Source of the DNA: Sinorhizobium meliloti
GTDB lineage: Bacteria > Pseudomonadota > Alphaproteobacteria > Rhizobiales > Rhizobiaceae
Direction: 5' to 3'
Length of the DNA stretch: 32,000 bases
Assembly: GCF_017876815.1 (NCBI RefSeq)
Contig: NZ_JAGIOS010000003.1
Location: 1,110,001-1,142,000 of the forward strand
Within the stretch, counting starts at the first letter, position 1; every line of letters begins with the position of its first letter. Made by a program: the position numbers and the translations under genes. This document shows positions 1-6,305 of this stretch, piece after piece. The notes under the pieces are model-generated. The model ran no database searches. It was not told the origin of the DNA and saw nothing but the letters and a program-made list of their open reading frames with translations.

Positions 1-534
1 GTCGCCGATCCGGAGAGCGGCAGGCCGCTCCCGAAAGGCGAAACGGGGATGATCGAGGTGAAGGGCCCGAACGTGTTCAAGGGCTATTGGCGCATGCCCG
101 AAAAGACGCAGAGCGAGTTCCGCGCCGACGGTTTCTTCATAACCGGCGATCTCGGCAGGATCGACGAGCGCGGCTACGTCCATATCGTCGGGCGAGGAAA
201 GGATCTCGTGATCTCCGGCGGTTACAACATTTATCCGAAGGAGGTCGAAACCGAGATCGATCAGATGCCGGGCGTCGTGGAAACGGCTGTGATTGGGCTG
301 CCGCATCCGGATTTCGGCGAAGGCGTCACGGCTGTGGTCGTCCGGAAGCCCGGTGCGGCCATCGACGAACGCGCCATTCTCGATGGTCTGGAAGGTCGCC
401 TCGCGCGCTACAAGCAACCGAAACGGGTGATCTTCGTGGACGACCTGCCGCGCAATACGATGGGCAAAGTCCAGAAGAACGTACTTCGCGAAACATATGC
501 CCGTCTGTACGCAGGAGCCGAAGCGCGTGTGTAG
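1..534 (+). CDS. AMP-dependent acyl-CoA synthetase/ligase, C-terminal part (MatB-like malonyl-CoA synthetase); the 5' end lies outside the window
   Basis: The reading frame is open from base 1. The C-terminal adenylate-forming-enzyme motifs are present: GDLGRIDERGYVHIVGRGKDLVISGGYNIYPKEVE and DDLPRNTMGKVQKNVLR. Confidence 0.85.
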   Translation, partial: VADPESGRPLPKGETGMIEVKGPNVFKGYWRMPEKTQSEFRADGFFITGDLGRIDERGYVHIVGRGKDLVISGGYNIYPKEVETEIDQMPGVVETAVIGLPHPDFGEGVTAVVVRKPGAAIDERAILDGLEGRLARYKQPKRVIFVDDLPRNTMGKVQKNVLRETYARLYAGAEARV

Positions 535-567
535 GCGTCGCGCCCGTATGCCGGAGACATCGGCGCT

Positions 568-1050
568 TTATGAGATGGCTAGGATTTCGAGCTCCTGATC
601 GCCGACACTCGCGACGTCCCCGACAGATTTGCCCATGAGAACCCTTGCCACCGGGGACACGTAGGAGATCGACCCGGCCTTTGGATCGGCTTCATCCTCT
701 CCGACGATCCGGTATTTCTGCACCCGCCCGTCATCACGGCTGAAGGTGACGGTGCTTCCAAAGGCGACTACATCAAAAGAAGCCGGATCGGGGACAAGCT
801 GAGCCGTTCGAACTCTTTCCGCGAAGTAGCGCAGCTCACGCAAGGGGCCGGCCGACTGCCGCCGCCGCTCGTTCACGTCCTCGATCGTGCTTGTGGCATC
901 GAAGGCTTCGCGAGCCTGTTGGAGGTGCAATTCCAGAGCCTTCAATCCCGTTTCGGTGACAAGGTTCGGATGGGGTGAGATCGGCCGGTCAGGCAACAGT
1001 GTTTCCGAGGCCGTTTCGGCACTTTCTTCCTTGATGAAGGCAACGCTCAT
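568..1050 (-). CDS. GreA/GreB-family transcription elongation factor-like protein (Rnk-like)
   Basis: 160-aa ORF. The C-terminal domain, YRIVGEDEADPKAGSISYVSPVARVLMGKSVGDV, is typical of the Gre-factor FKBP-like domain. A GGAG sits about 8 nt upstream of the ATG. Confidence 0.8.
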   Translation of the reverse strand: MSVAFIKEESAETASETLLPDRPISPHPNLVTETGLKALELHLQQAREAFDATSTIEDVNERRRQSAGPLRELRYFAERVRTAQLVPDPASFDVVAFGSTVTFSRDDGRVQKYRIVGEDEADPKAGSISYVSPVARVLMGKSVGDVASVGDQELEILAIS

Positions 1051-1175
1051 CGGCGAACTCCGTTTAGACGTGGCGCTCTCTTCGTACGGAGCGATCGCAC
1101 GTTATTTTCTCGGAACTATATACGGCGATGATAGGAGCCGACAGTGTCGAGTTTCTGCTCATTCTCCCCCCCGAC

Positions 1176-1200
1176 GGAATAGAAGCCTCTCCGTTCCGTT
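1176..1200 (+). promoter_or_regulatory. Candidate ECF-type promoter P1 (GGAATAGA-N-CCGTT) upstream of the 237-aa gene
   Basis: The sequence is GGAATAGAAGCCTCTCCGTTCCGTT: GGAAT, a spacer of exactly 16 nt, then CGTT, lying 31 nt upstream of the ATG at 1231. The same motif recurs at 2544-2568(-), 3402-3426(-) and 3947-3971(+). Confidence 0.55.
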
Positions 1201-1230
1201 ACTCCCGGGCCATTCAACGGGAGAAGCGGG

Positions 1231-1944
1231 ATGTTAAGTTTCCTGAAGAAAGATCCGCAGGTCATTCAGTTTGTCTGCCATCCGGAAGACGATGGCGTCA
1301 TCGCGCCGCCGCTACCGGCCAAATCGGTTCTGCCGGATTGGTTCCGCCGGCTGCCGGCGGTCGACAAAGGGCACCTGTCGGCAACCAACAACGGTCTGAC
1401 CGTCAAACGCTGCATGCCCTTTCTCGATGCTATGACCACCGGCTGGATTCTGCCGATCGCCGCTACGGTGCGCCTTGACGTCAAGGATGACGGCCGCAGC
1501 GTCGATGCAGGCTGGGAGTTCGACCGGGTGATGGTCAGCAACCACGGCGCCCACCAGGTGGCGGGCAATCCGAAAGAGCCCTCCCCGCCCTGCAAGTTTC
1601 ACAATTACTGGTCGATTCGCACGCCGCCGGGATGGAGTTGCCTGTTTCTGCCGCCGCTAAACCGCCCCGGACAGCACTTCGAATGTGTAGCGGGCATTGT
1701 CGATACGGACAGCTATAGCGCTCATATCCATTTTCCGTTCTTCGCGACGGCGCCGGATGGCCTTCACGTCGTCGAAAAGGGAACGCCGCTTGTACAGGTG
1801 ATACCCTTCCGCCGTGCCGATGCGGCGGTCACGGCAGAAATCCGCGCCGAAACCCGCGCGGATGCTACCGAGCGCGAGGCAATCCATCGGAACACCCTCG
1901 CCGGAGAAGGCTGGTATCGCAAGTCGGCGCGCGCCGCGCGCTAG
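1231..1944 (+). CDS. Conserved hypothetical protein, 237 aa, no signal peptide (possibly a DUF6065-type family; not verifiable here)
   Basis: Clean ORF with a GGGAGAAG SD 5 nt upstream of the ATG and GC-rich third codon positions. It is preceded by promoter motif P1. Its stop codon TAG (1942-1944) lies inside the CTAGAGC start of the dispersed repeat. Confidence 0.7.
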   Translation: MLSFLKKDPQVIQFVCHPEDDGVIAPPLPAKSVLPDWFRRLPAVDKGHLSATNNGLTVKRCMPFLDAMTTGWILPIAATVRLDVKDDGRSVDAGWEFDRVMVSNHGAHQVAGNPKEPSPPCKFHNYWSIRTPPGWSCLFLPPLNRPGQHFECVAGIVDTDSYSAHIHFPFFATAPDGLHVVEKGTPLVQVIPFRRADAAVTAEIRAETRADATEREAIHRNTLAGEGWYRKSARAAR

Positions 1945-2052
1945 AGCACTTCCAGGAAGGTACGTGGCGATTTTCCGTCCACAAGTGCATAACTTCAAAG
2001 GGTTAGAGGGCTAGAGCGTTTCATGTCTCGATGAACAGGGAAACACTCTAAA
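1941..2052 (+). repeat. Dispersed intergenic repeat, copy A (CTAGAGCACTTCCAGG...TTTTCCGTCC...CTTCAAAGGGTTAGAG...GATGAAC)
   Basis: It aligns by eye with 14318-14400 (same orientation) and with 23450-23520 and 24550-24617 (opposite orientation). It contains the hairpin GCACTT(1946-1951)/AAGTGC(1983-1988). Confidence 0.6.
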
Positions 2053-2064
2053 CGGTCCGATCAG

Positions 2065-2107
2065 ACAAGAGAGCGGGGGCCGGAATGTCCGGCCCCCGCT
2101 CTCTTGT
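2065..2107. terminator. Strong GC-rich hairpin, probably a bidirectional terminator between convergent genes
   Basis: The sequence is ACAAGAGAGCGGGGGCCGG-aatgt-CCGGCCCCCGCTCTCTTGT, a perfect stem of about 19 bp. It sits between the 237-aa gene (+) and the NSSS-repeat gene (-). Confidence 0.8.
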
Positions 2108-2131
2108 CGCACCTTCAACTTTTCCGCAATC

Positions 2132-2494
2132 TCAGCGCCCTGTGTGCCACAGCTTGCCTGGACGGTACGACCGGTCTGACCGGTTCGAGCTCGAATTGGA
2201 CGAACGATTCGAGGAGGAGTTCGACGAACTGTTCGAGGATGAATTAGAGCTCGAATTCGAGGAACTGTTGGACGAAGAGTTGGAACTCGAATTGCTGGAG
2301 GAGTTGGAACTCGAATTGGATGAGCTGTTGCCGGCGACTATGATCTCGCCGTCGGTCCGGCCCGTCTGGGCGGTTTGCGTCGAAGTGCGATCCACGCCGG
2401 GAAATAAGGGGGCATATTCCCTTGCTTCGGCCGCAGAGCCCACGAATGCCGCCAGGCCGGCAGCGATTGCCTTGTTCGTCCAGTTCTTTGCCAT
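2132..2494 (-). CDS. Small secreted Asn/Ser tetrapeptide-repeat protein (120 aa; signal peptide followed by 13 NSSS-type units)
   Basis: The start was moved to the ATG at 2494, which has an AAGGAG SD 8 nt upstream. The N-terminus MAKNWTNKAIAAGLAAFVGSAAEA looks like a Sec signal peptide with an AxA cleavage site. Promoter motif P2 lies 50 nt upstream, and the terminator hairpin lies downstream. Confidence 0.7.
   Translation of the reverse strand: MAKNWTNKAIAAGLAAFVGSAAEAREYAPLFPGVDRTSTQTAQTGRTDGEIIVAGNSSSNSSSNSSSNSSSNSSSNSSSNSSSNSSSNSSSNSSSNRSSNSSSNRSDRSYRPGKLWHTGR
2174..2329 (-). repeat. 13 tandem 12-nt (4-codon) units encoding NSSS x10, NRSS, NSSS, NRSD
   Basis: Read directly from the sequence. 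The units use different synonymous Ser and Asn codons (AGC/AGT/TCG/TCC/TCT/TCA; AAC/AAT). The repeat is therefore much more regular at the protein level than at the DNA level. Confidence 0.9.
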
Positions 2495-2543
2495 CTCATC
2501 TACTCCTTGTGAAAACCGGACCGGTTCTTCGGTCCGCAGGAGT

Positions 2544-2568
2544 AACGGCCGGTGCGCGCCTCTATTCC
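2544..2568 (-). promoter_or_regulatory. Candidate ECF-type promoter P2 upstream of the NSSS-repeat gene
   Basis: The minus strand reads GGAATAGAGGCGCGCACCGGCCGTT followed by ACTCC. P1 has the same -35 extension (GGAATAGA) and the same CCGTTACTCC -10 region. The spacer is exactly 16 nt. Confidence 0.55.
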
Positions 2569-2590
2569 ATGATCGCAATTTTTGATGCAC

Positions 2591-3376
2591 TTACCGTTGC
2601 GCACCTTGGAGTTCGCTGAGGGCTCTGGCCTCTTCCGCTGCCTCGAGCGGCGCCCCTGCATCGATCGCGGTCAGATAGGCGTCGAGCGTTTCCGTGGAAG
2701 ATGCAGGAGCATAACCGCCGGTGGCTCCGGGTGCGATGACGGCGAACGTCACGCGCCACTCTGACCCGGCGCGGCAGGCAACCGAAACCACTGTTGAGCG
2801 ATCGTCCGAGTCCAGCTCGAACTCGCGGCACAGCGCCTGCGCATTGTCACGGAATGTCGCAATCGCCCGGAAACGTTGGTCGGAACCTGGCAACCGCCGT
2901 TCCTCGCCTGCGGCGACCGTGGCGAGCGCCTCGTCAAGCGCAGGGCTGCCGATGGCGGCAACGCCCGAGCCACCCTCGATCGGCGCCTCGACACTTCCCC
3001 GCAGCCAATATCCGCCGAACCCCGCAACGACAGCCGCCAGAGAGGCGGCGACGGGAGCGAGCCATCGACTTCTGTGAGATTCGTTCGCAGCGCGGCGCGG
3101 GAAAGGCAGGATGCCCGCGCCCGATACCGAAGGTGGCGACGTCTTCTCCATCACCATTCTTTCGACCGCACGCTTGAGCTCGGAAGGTACCGGCTCATCG
3201 AGCAGCGGCTCCATAGCGGCCTTGGCCGCATGGCGCGTTTCGATGAAGAGTGCCACCCGCGCGACCAGCGCATCATCCGTTTCCATCGCTCGTTCTACTT
3301 CGGCAGCAGTCCCGGTATCGAGCTCGCCGTCGGCGAACCGCATCAGTATCTCATCCGAGAAGTCGGCTCTTGTCAT
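2591..3376 (-). CDS. Anti-sigma factor: N-terminal anti-sigma domain without a zinc motif, one TM helix, and a periplasmic domain of about 135 aa
   Basis: An ATGA overlap couples it to the sigma gene (3373-3376). The N-terminus MTRADFSDEILMRFADGELD is typical of ECF anti-sigma factors. The TM segment is WLAPVAASLAAVVAGFGGYW. Confidence 0.8.
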   Translation of the reverse strand: MTRADFSDEILMRFADGELDTGTAAEVERAMETDDALVARVALFIETRHAAKAAMEPLLDEPVPSELKRAVERMVMEKTSPPSVSGAGILPFPRRAANESHRSRWLAPVAASLAAVVAGFGGYWLRGSVEAPIEGGSGVAAIGSPALDEALATVAAGEERRLPGSDQRFRAIATFRDNAQALCREFELDSDDRSTVVSVACRAGSEWRVTFAVIAPGATGGYAPASSTETLDAYLTAIDAGAPLEAAEEARALSELQGAQR

Positions 3377-3912
3377 TCGTTTGCGCCCTTCATTGACTGA
3401 GAACGTCCGGTCGCCTGTGTTATTCCGGCAGCCTCGGCCAAACTCCTGCGTGCCCTCGCCAGTCGGCTCATGACCGTACCGATTGGAATGCCCATCACAT
3501 CGGCCGCTTCGCGATAGGATAGCTCCTCGACGCAGACCAGAAGAACCACCTCCCGCTGCTCGTCCGGCAATTCGGTGATCGCCTCCGCGACGGTCTTGAG
3601 GGTCAGCCGCGCTTCGGTTTCACGCTCGCCAGATGAACCGGCGATGTCATGACGCTCGGTGATATCGTCCTGCACGCCTGCGGTCTTCTGTCGGCGCACC
3701 TGGTCGATCCAGAGATTACGCAGGATACGGAATATCCAAGCATCAAAGCGCGTGCCCGGCTCGAAGCGCTCGGCACTGGCGAGTGCCCGCTCGCAGGCCG
3801 ACTGCACGAGATCATCGGCAACATCACGCGAGCCGCAGAGCGAGATGGCGAAGCGGCGCAGATTGGGCAGGAACGCCATGAGGCGTTCGCCGACATCTTT
3901 CACCGCATTGCT
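3373..3912 (-). CDS. ECF (sigma-70 group 4) RNA polymerase sigma factor
   Basis: Region 2 (DLVQSACERALASAERFEPGTRFDAWIFRILRNLWIDQVRR) and region 4 (LPDEQREVVLLVCVEELSYREAADVMGIPIGTVMSRLARARRSL) are both present. I prefer the ATG at 3912, which has a GGGAG SD, over the GTG at 3978, which has none. Confidence 0.9.
   Translation of the reverse strand, partial: SNAVKDVGERLMAFLPNLRRFAISLCGSRDVADDLVQSACERALASAERFEPGTRFDAWIFRILRNLWIDQVRRQKTAGVQDDITERHDIAGSSGERETEARLTLKTVAEAITELPDEQREVVLLVCVEELSYREAADVMGIPIGTVMSRLARARRSLAEAAGITQATGRSQSMKGANE
3402..3426 (-). promoter_or_regulatory. Candidate ECF-type promoter P4, located inside the 3' end of the sigma ORF and facing the anti-sigma gene
   Basis: The minus strand reads GGAATAACACAGGCGACCGGACGTT. 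The spacer is exactly 16 nt, and CGTTCT matches P3. The CGTT ends 26 nt upstream of the anti-sigma ATG at 3376. Confidence 0.5.
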
Positions 3913-3946
3913 CATCTCCCGAAACTCCGCAATTTGGCTAGAAGAG

Positions 3947-3971
3947 GGAATAGACCGACGACTCAGCCGTT
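3947..3971 (+). promoter_or_regulatory. Candidate ECF-type promoter P3 upstream of the S8 peptidase gene
   Basis: The sequence is GGAATAGACCGACGACTCAGCCGTT, with a spacer of exactly 16 nt, 87 nt upstream of the ATG at 4058. It lies in the divergent sigma/peptidase intergenic region. Confidence 0.55.
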
Positions 3972-4057
3972 CTGACACAATCTACAGGTAGCGGTCTCAT
4001 CGTCCAATGAATGCGCTATCCTCCTATGAGCGTGACCTAGCCGATTGAGGTTTTCGG

Positions 4058-5458
4058 ATGCTGACCAAGTTGAAACTGGCTCTGATCGCTCCCATTGCTG
4101 CAATCGCACTCGTATCCGGCGACATCCTGGCTCCTGGAAACATGATTGTGCGTGAAGTGATCGGAACCGGTCTCGCCTTGGCCGATGACGACGACGATGA
4201 CGGTGGGAGTGGCGGCAACCGCGGATCGGGCGGTTCCGGCCGCTCCGGCTCCTACGGCGCCGGCGCCGGATGGAGTGGCGGCAAGAGCCTGTTTCCATTC
4301 CGAGAGTTCCTGCCACGTCGAAGCATCCCGCGGCGCTCTCGCGCAGCCGCACCCGCTGCGCCGATACGAGCGCCCGATGAGATCGTCGGGCTGGGTTTCA
4401 GTCCGACGGAACTCGGCGAGTTGACAGCCACGGGCTTCGAGGTCCTCGAACGAAACACGATGACGTCATTCAACGCCGAGGTGATCAAGCTTCGCATTCC
4501 CCGCGGGCTGACTCTGGAAGCCGCTCGGCAGCGGGCGCGCGCCGCGGCCCCTCAGGCGGTGATCGACTTCAACCATTATTTCCGGCCGGAGCAGCATCGC
4601 GATGCCCCGTGCGTCACGAGCGACTGCCTGGCACGGAACGTGATCGGCTGGCCCTCGGCTCAAACGGGGCCTAGCAATTGCTCGGCCGGCGTGCGGATCG
4701 GCCTTGTCGATACGGCGATCAATCCCGATCACATCGCATTCGAGGCTCGCAACTTAGAGATCGTCCGTCTCGTCGACGAAGAATTGCCGGAGTCGGGCAG
4801 ACAGCACGGCACCGCTGTCGCGGCTTTGCTTGTCGGCTCAGCCAGTGGCCGTACGCCGGGCCTGATACCGGGTGGCAAGCTCATCGCCGTGGACGCATTT
4901 CATCGGGCGGGACGGCAAGACGACCGATCCGCCGCCTTCGATCTGGCGCGCGCACTCGACCTCCTTGCTGGGCGTCAGGTTCAGGTCATCAATCTCAGCC
5001 TTGCCGGGCCGCCCAATCTCCTGCTTGAACAGGCGGTCAAAAAGACGGGGGAGCGCGGGATCATCATGGTCGCCGCCGCGGGCAATGACGGTCCAAGAGC
5101 CGAGCCCGTCTATCCGGGTGCCTATGAAGAGGTCATTGCCGTCACCGCGACCGACAGGCGCAAACGGCCTTACCGGCGCGCCGGACGCGGAGAGCATATC
5201 GACTTCGCCGCCCCTGGCGTGGCGGTCTGGACAGCAGCCTCGGTCAGCGGCGCGCGTCCGAAGACGGGAACCTCTTTCGCCGCCCCTTTCGTGACCGCGG
5301 CGGTGGCGATGATGAAAGCATCTGAGCCGGAGCTCGCTGCGGAGATGCTCCGCGACAGGCTGACCGGACATGCCGAAGATCTCGGAGATCCGGGAAAGGA
5401 TCCTGTCTTCGGCTGGGGCTTGTTGAACGCGCGAGCGATTTGCAAGGCGAAGTCCTGA
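4058..5458 (+). CDS. Secreted S8-family (subtilisin-like) serine peptidase
   Basis: The catalytic motifs occur in D-H-S order: GLVDTAINPDH, HGTAVAALLVG, AAAGNDG (oxyanion Asn) and GTSFAAPFVTAAVAMM. The N-terminus has a hydrophobic signal-like segment followed by a DDDDDDGGSGGNRGSGGSGRSGSYGAGAG low-complexity tract. Confidence 0.9.
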   Translation: MLTKLKLALIAPIAAIALVSGDILAPGNMIVREVIGTGLALADDDDDDGGSGGNRGSGGSGRSGSYGAGAGWSGGKSLFPFREFLPRRSIPRRSRAAAPAAPIRAPDEIVGLGFSPTELGELTATGFEVLERNTMTSFNAEVIKLRIPRGLTLEAARQRARAAAPQAVIDFNHYFRPEQHRDAPCVTSDCLARNVIGWPSAQTGPSNCSAGVRIGLVDTAINPDHIAFEARNLEIVRLVDEELPESGRQHGTAVAALLVGSASGRTPGLIPGGKLIAVDAFHRAGRQDDRSAAFDLARALDLLAGRQVQVINLSLAGPPNLLLEQAVKKTGERGIIMVAAAGNDGPRAEPVYPGAYEEVIAVTATDRRKRPYRRAGRGEHIDFAAPGVAVWTAASVSGARPKTGTSFAAPFVTAAVAMMKASEPELAAEMLRDRLTGHAEDLGDPGKDPVFGWGLLNARAICKAKS

Positions 5459-5755
5459 GCTAAGCCGCTTCGTCCGGCGCAAGACGTGCATGGGAAGGGC
5501 CAAACCCACCGGCCGGCCACTCGCAACAACCGCACAATCGGCGCTGCGTGAAGACGCTGCAGCGTTGCGAGGTCGATGTGCCTAGCTTTCTTGCGGGCGC
5601 ATTGAATTGTTCGTGATCCCGTGCGACTTTCGAAACGCATAATGGGAGCCTCTTCCGTGAGGTGCTCTACGCTCACTGGCGGCCGGGCGGGTGATTATCG
5701 ACTGTCGGCCGCGTGCGGCCCAAAGCCGAATGTTTCCAAGCGAAAGGACCACGCG

Positions 5756-6229
5756 ATGGCGAAGAATACGATTTGCCTATGGTACGATAAGGACGCCGAG
5801 GCTGCCGCTCGTTTCTACTGCGAGATCTTTCCTGACAGCAGGGTGAGTGCCGTGCACCGCGCACCCGGTGACTACCCCGCGGGCAAAGAGGGCGACGTGT
5901 TGACGGTCGACTTCAGCGTTGCGGGCATTCCCTGTATCGGCCTCAACGGGGGTCCCGCATTCAAGCACAACGAGGCCTTCTCGTTTCAGATCGCCACCGA
6001 CGATCAGGAAGAAACCGACCGCTACTGGAACGCCATCGTCGGCAATGGCGGCAAGGAAAGCGCCTGCGGCTGGTGCAAGGACAAATGGGGGATTTCCTGG
6101 CAGATCACTCCGCGCGTGCTGACCGACGCGATGGCGGCCGGCGGCGACGAAGCAAAGCGGGCGTTCACGGCGATGATGGACATGAAAAAAATAGACGTCG
6201 CTGCAATCGAGGCGGCGCGGCGCGGTTGA
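5756..6229 (+). CDS. VOC/glyoxalase-superfamily protein (PhnB-like, 3-demethylubiquinone-9 3-methyltransferase-domain family)
   Basis: The start was moved to MAKNTICLWYDKDAEAAARFY. The signature ACGWCKDKWGISWQI is typical of this family. Confidence 0.85.
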   Translation: MAKNTICLWYDKDAEAAARFYCEIFPDSRVSAVHRAPGDYPAGKEGDVLTVDFSVAGIPCIGLNGGPAFKHNEAFSFQIATDDQEETDRYWNAIVGNGGKESACGWCKDKWGISWQITPRVLTDAMAAGGDEAKRAFTAMMDMKKIDVAAIEAARRG

Positions 6230-6305
6230 TGCTCCACCGAGACTGCGGCCCAGTTTGCGGCAAGAGCGTGTCCGCGTGTCCCTGTGCAGACGCTCGGACC
6301 GCCGG

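Noticed and set aside
2085-2585. 166-aa plus-strand ORF encoding an acidic E/L repeat (ELELEFEELLDEELELELLEELELELDELL), antisense to the NSSS-repeat gene.
   Set aside because: It starts inside the terminator hairpin and has no SD. It is the mirror image of the 12-nt repeat. The minus-strand reading has an AAGGAG SD, a signal peptide, an ECF-type promoter and a downstream terminator.
3990-4025. Degenerate motif GGAGGATAG-N-CGAT on the minus strand upstream of the sigma gene, as a possible fifth ECF promoter (autoregulation).
   Set aside because: The -35 needs a 2-nt insertion relative to GGAATAGA, and the -10 is CGAT rather than CGTT. It is too far from the four exact copies to be called.
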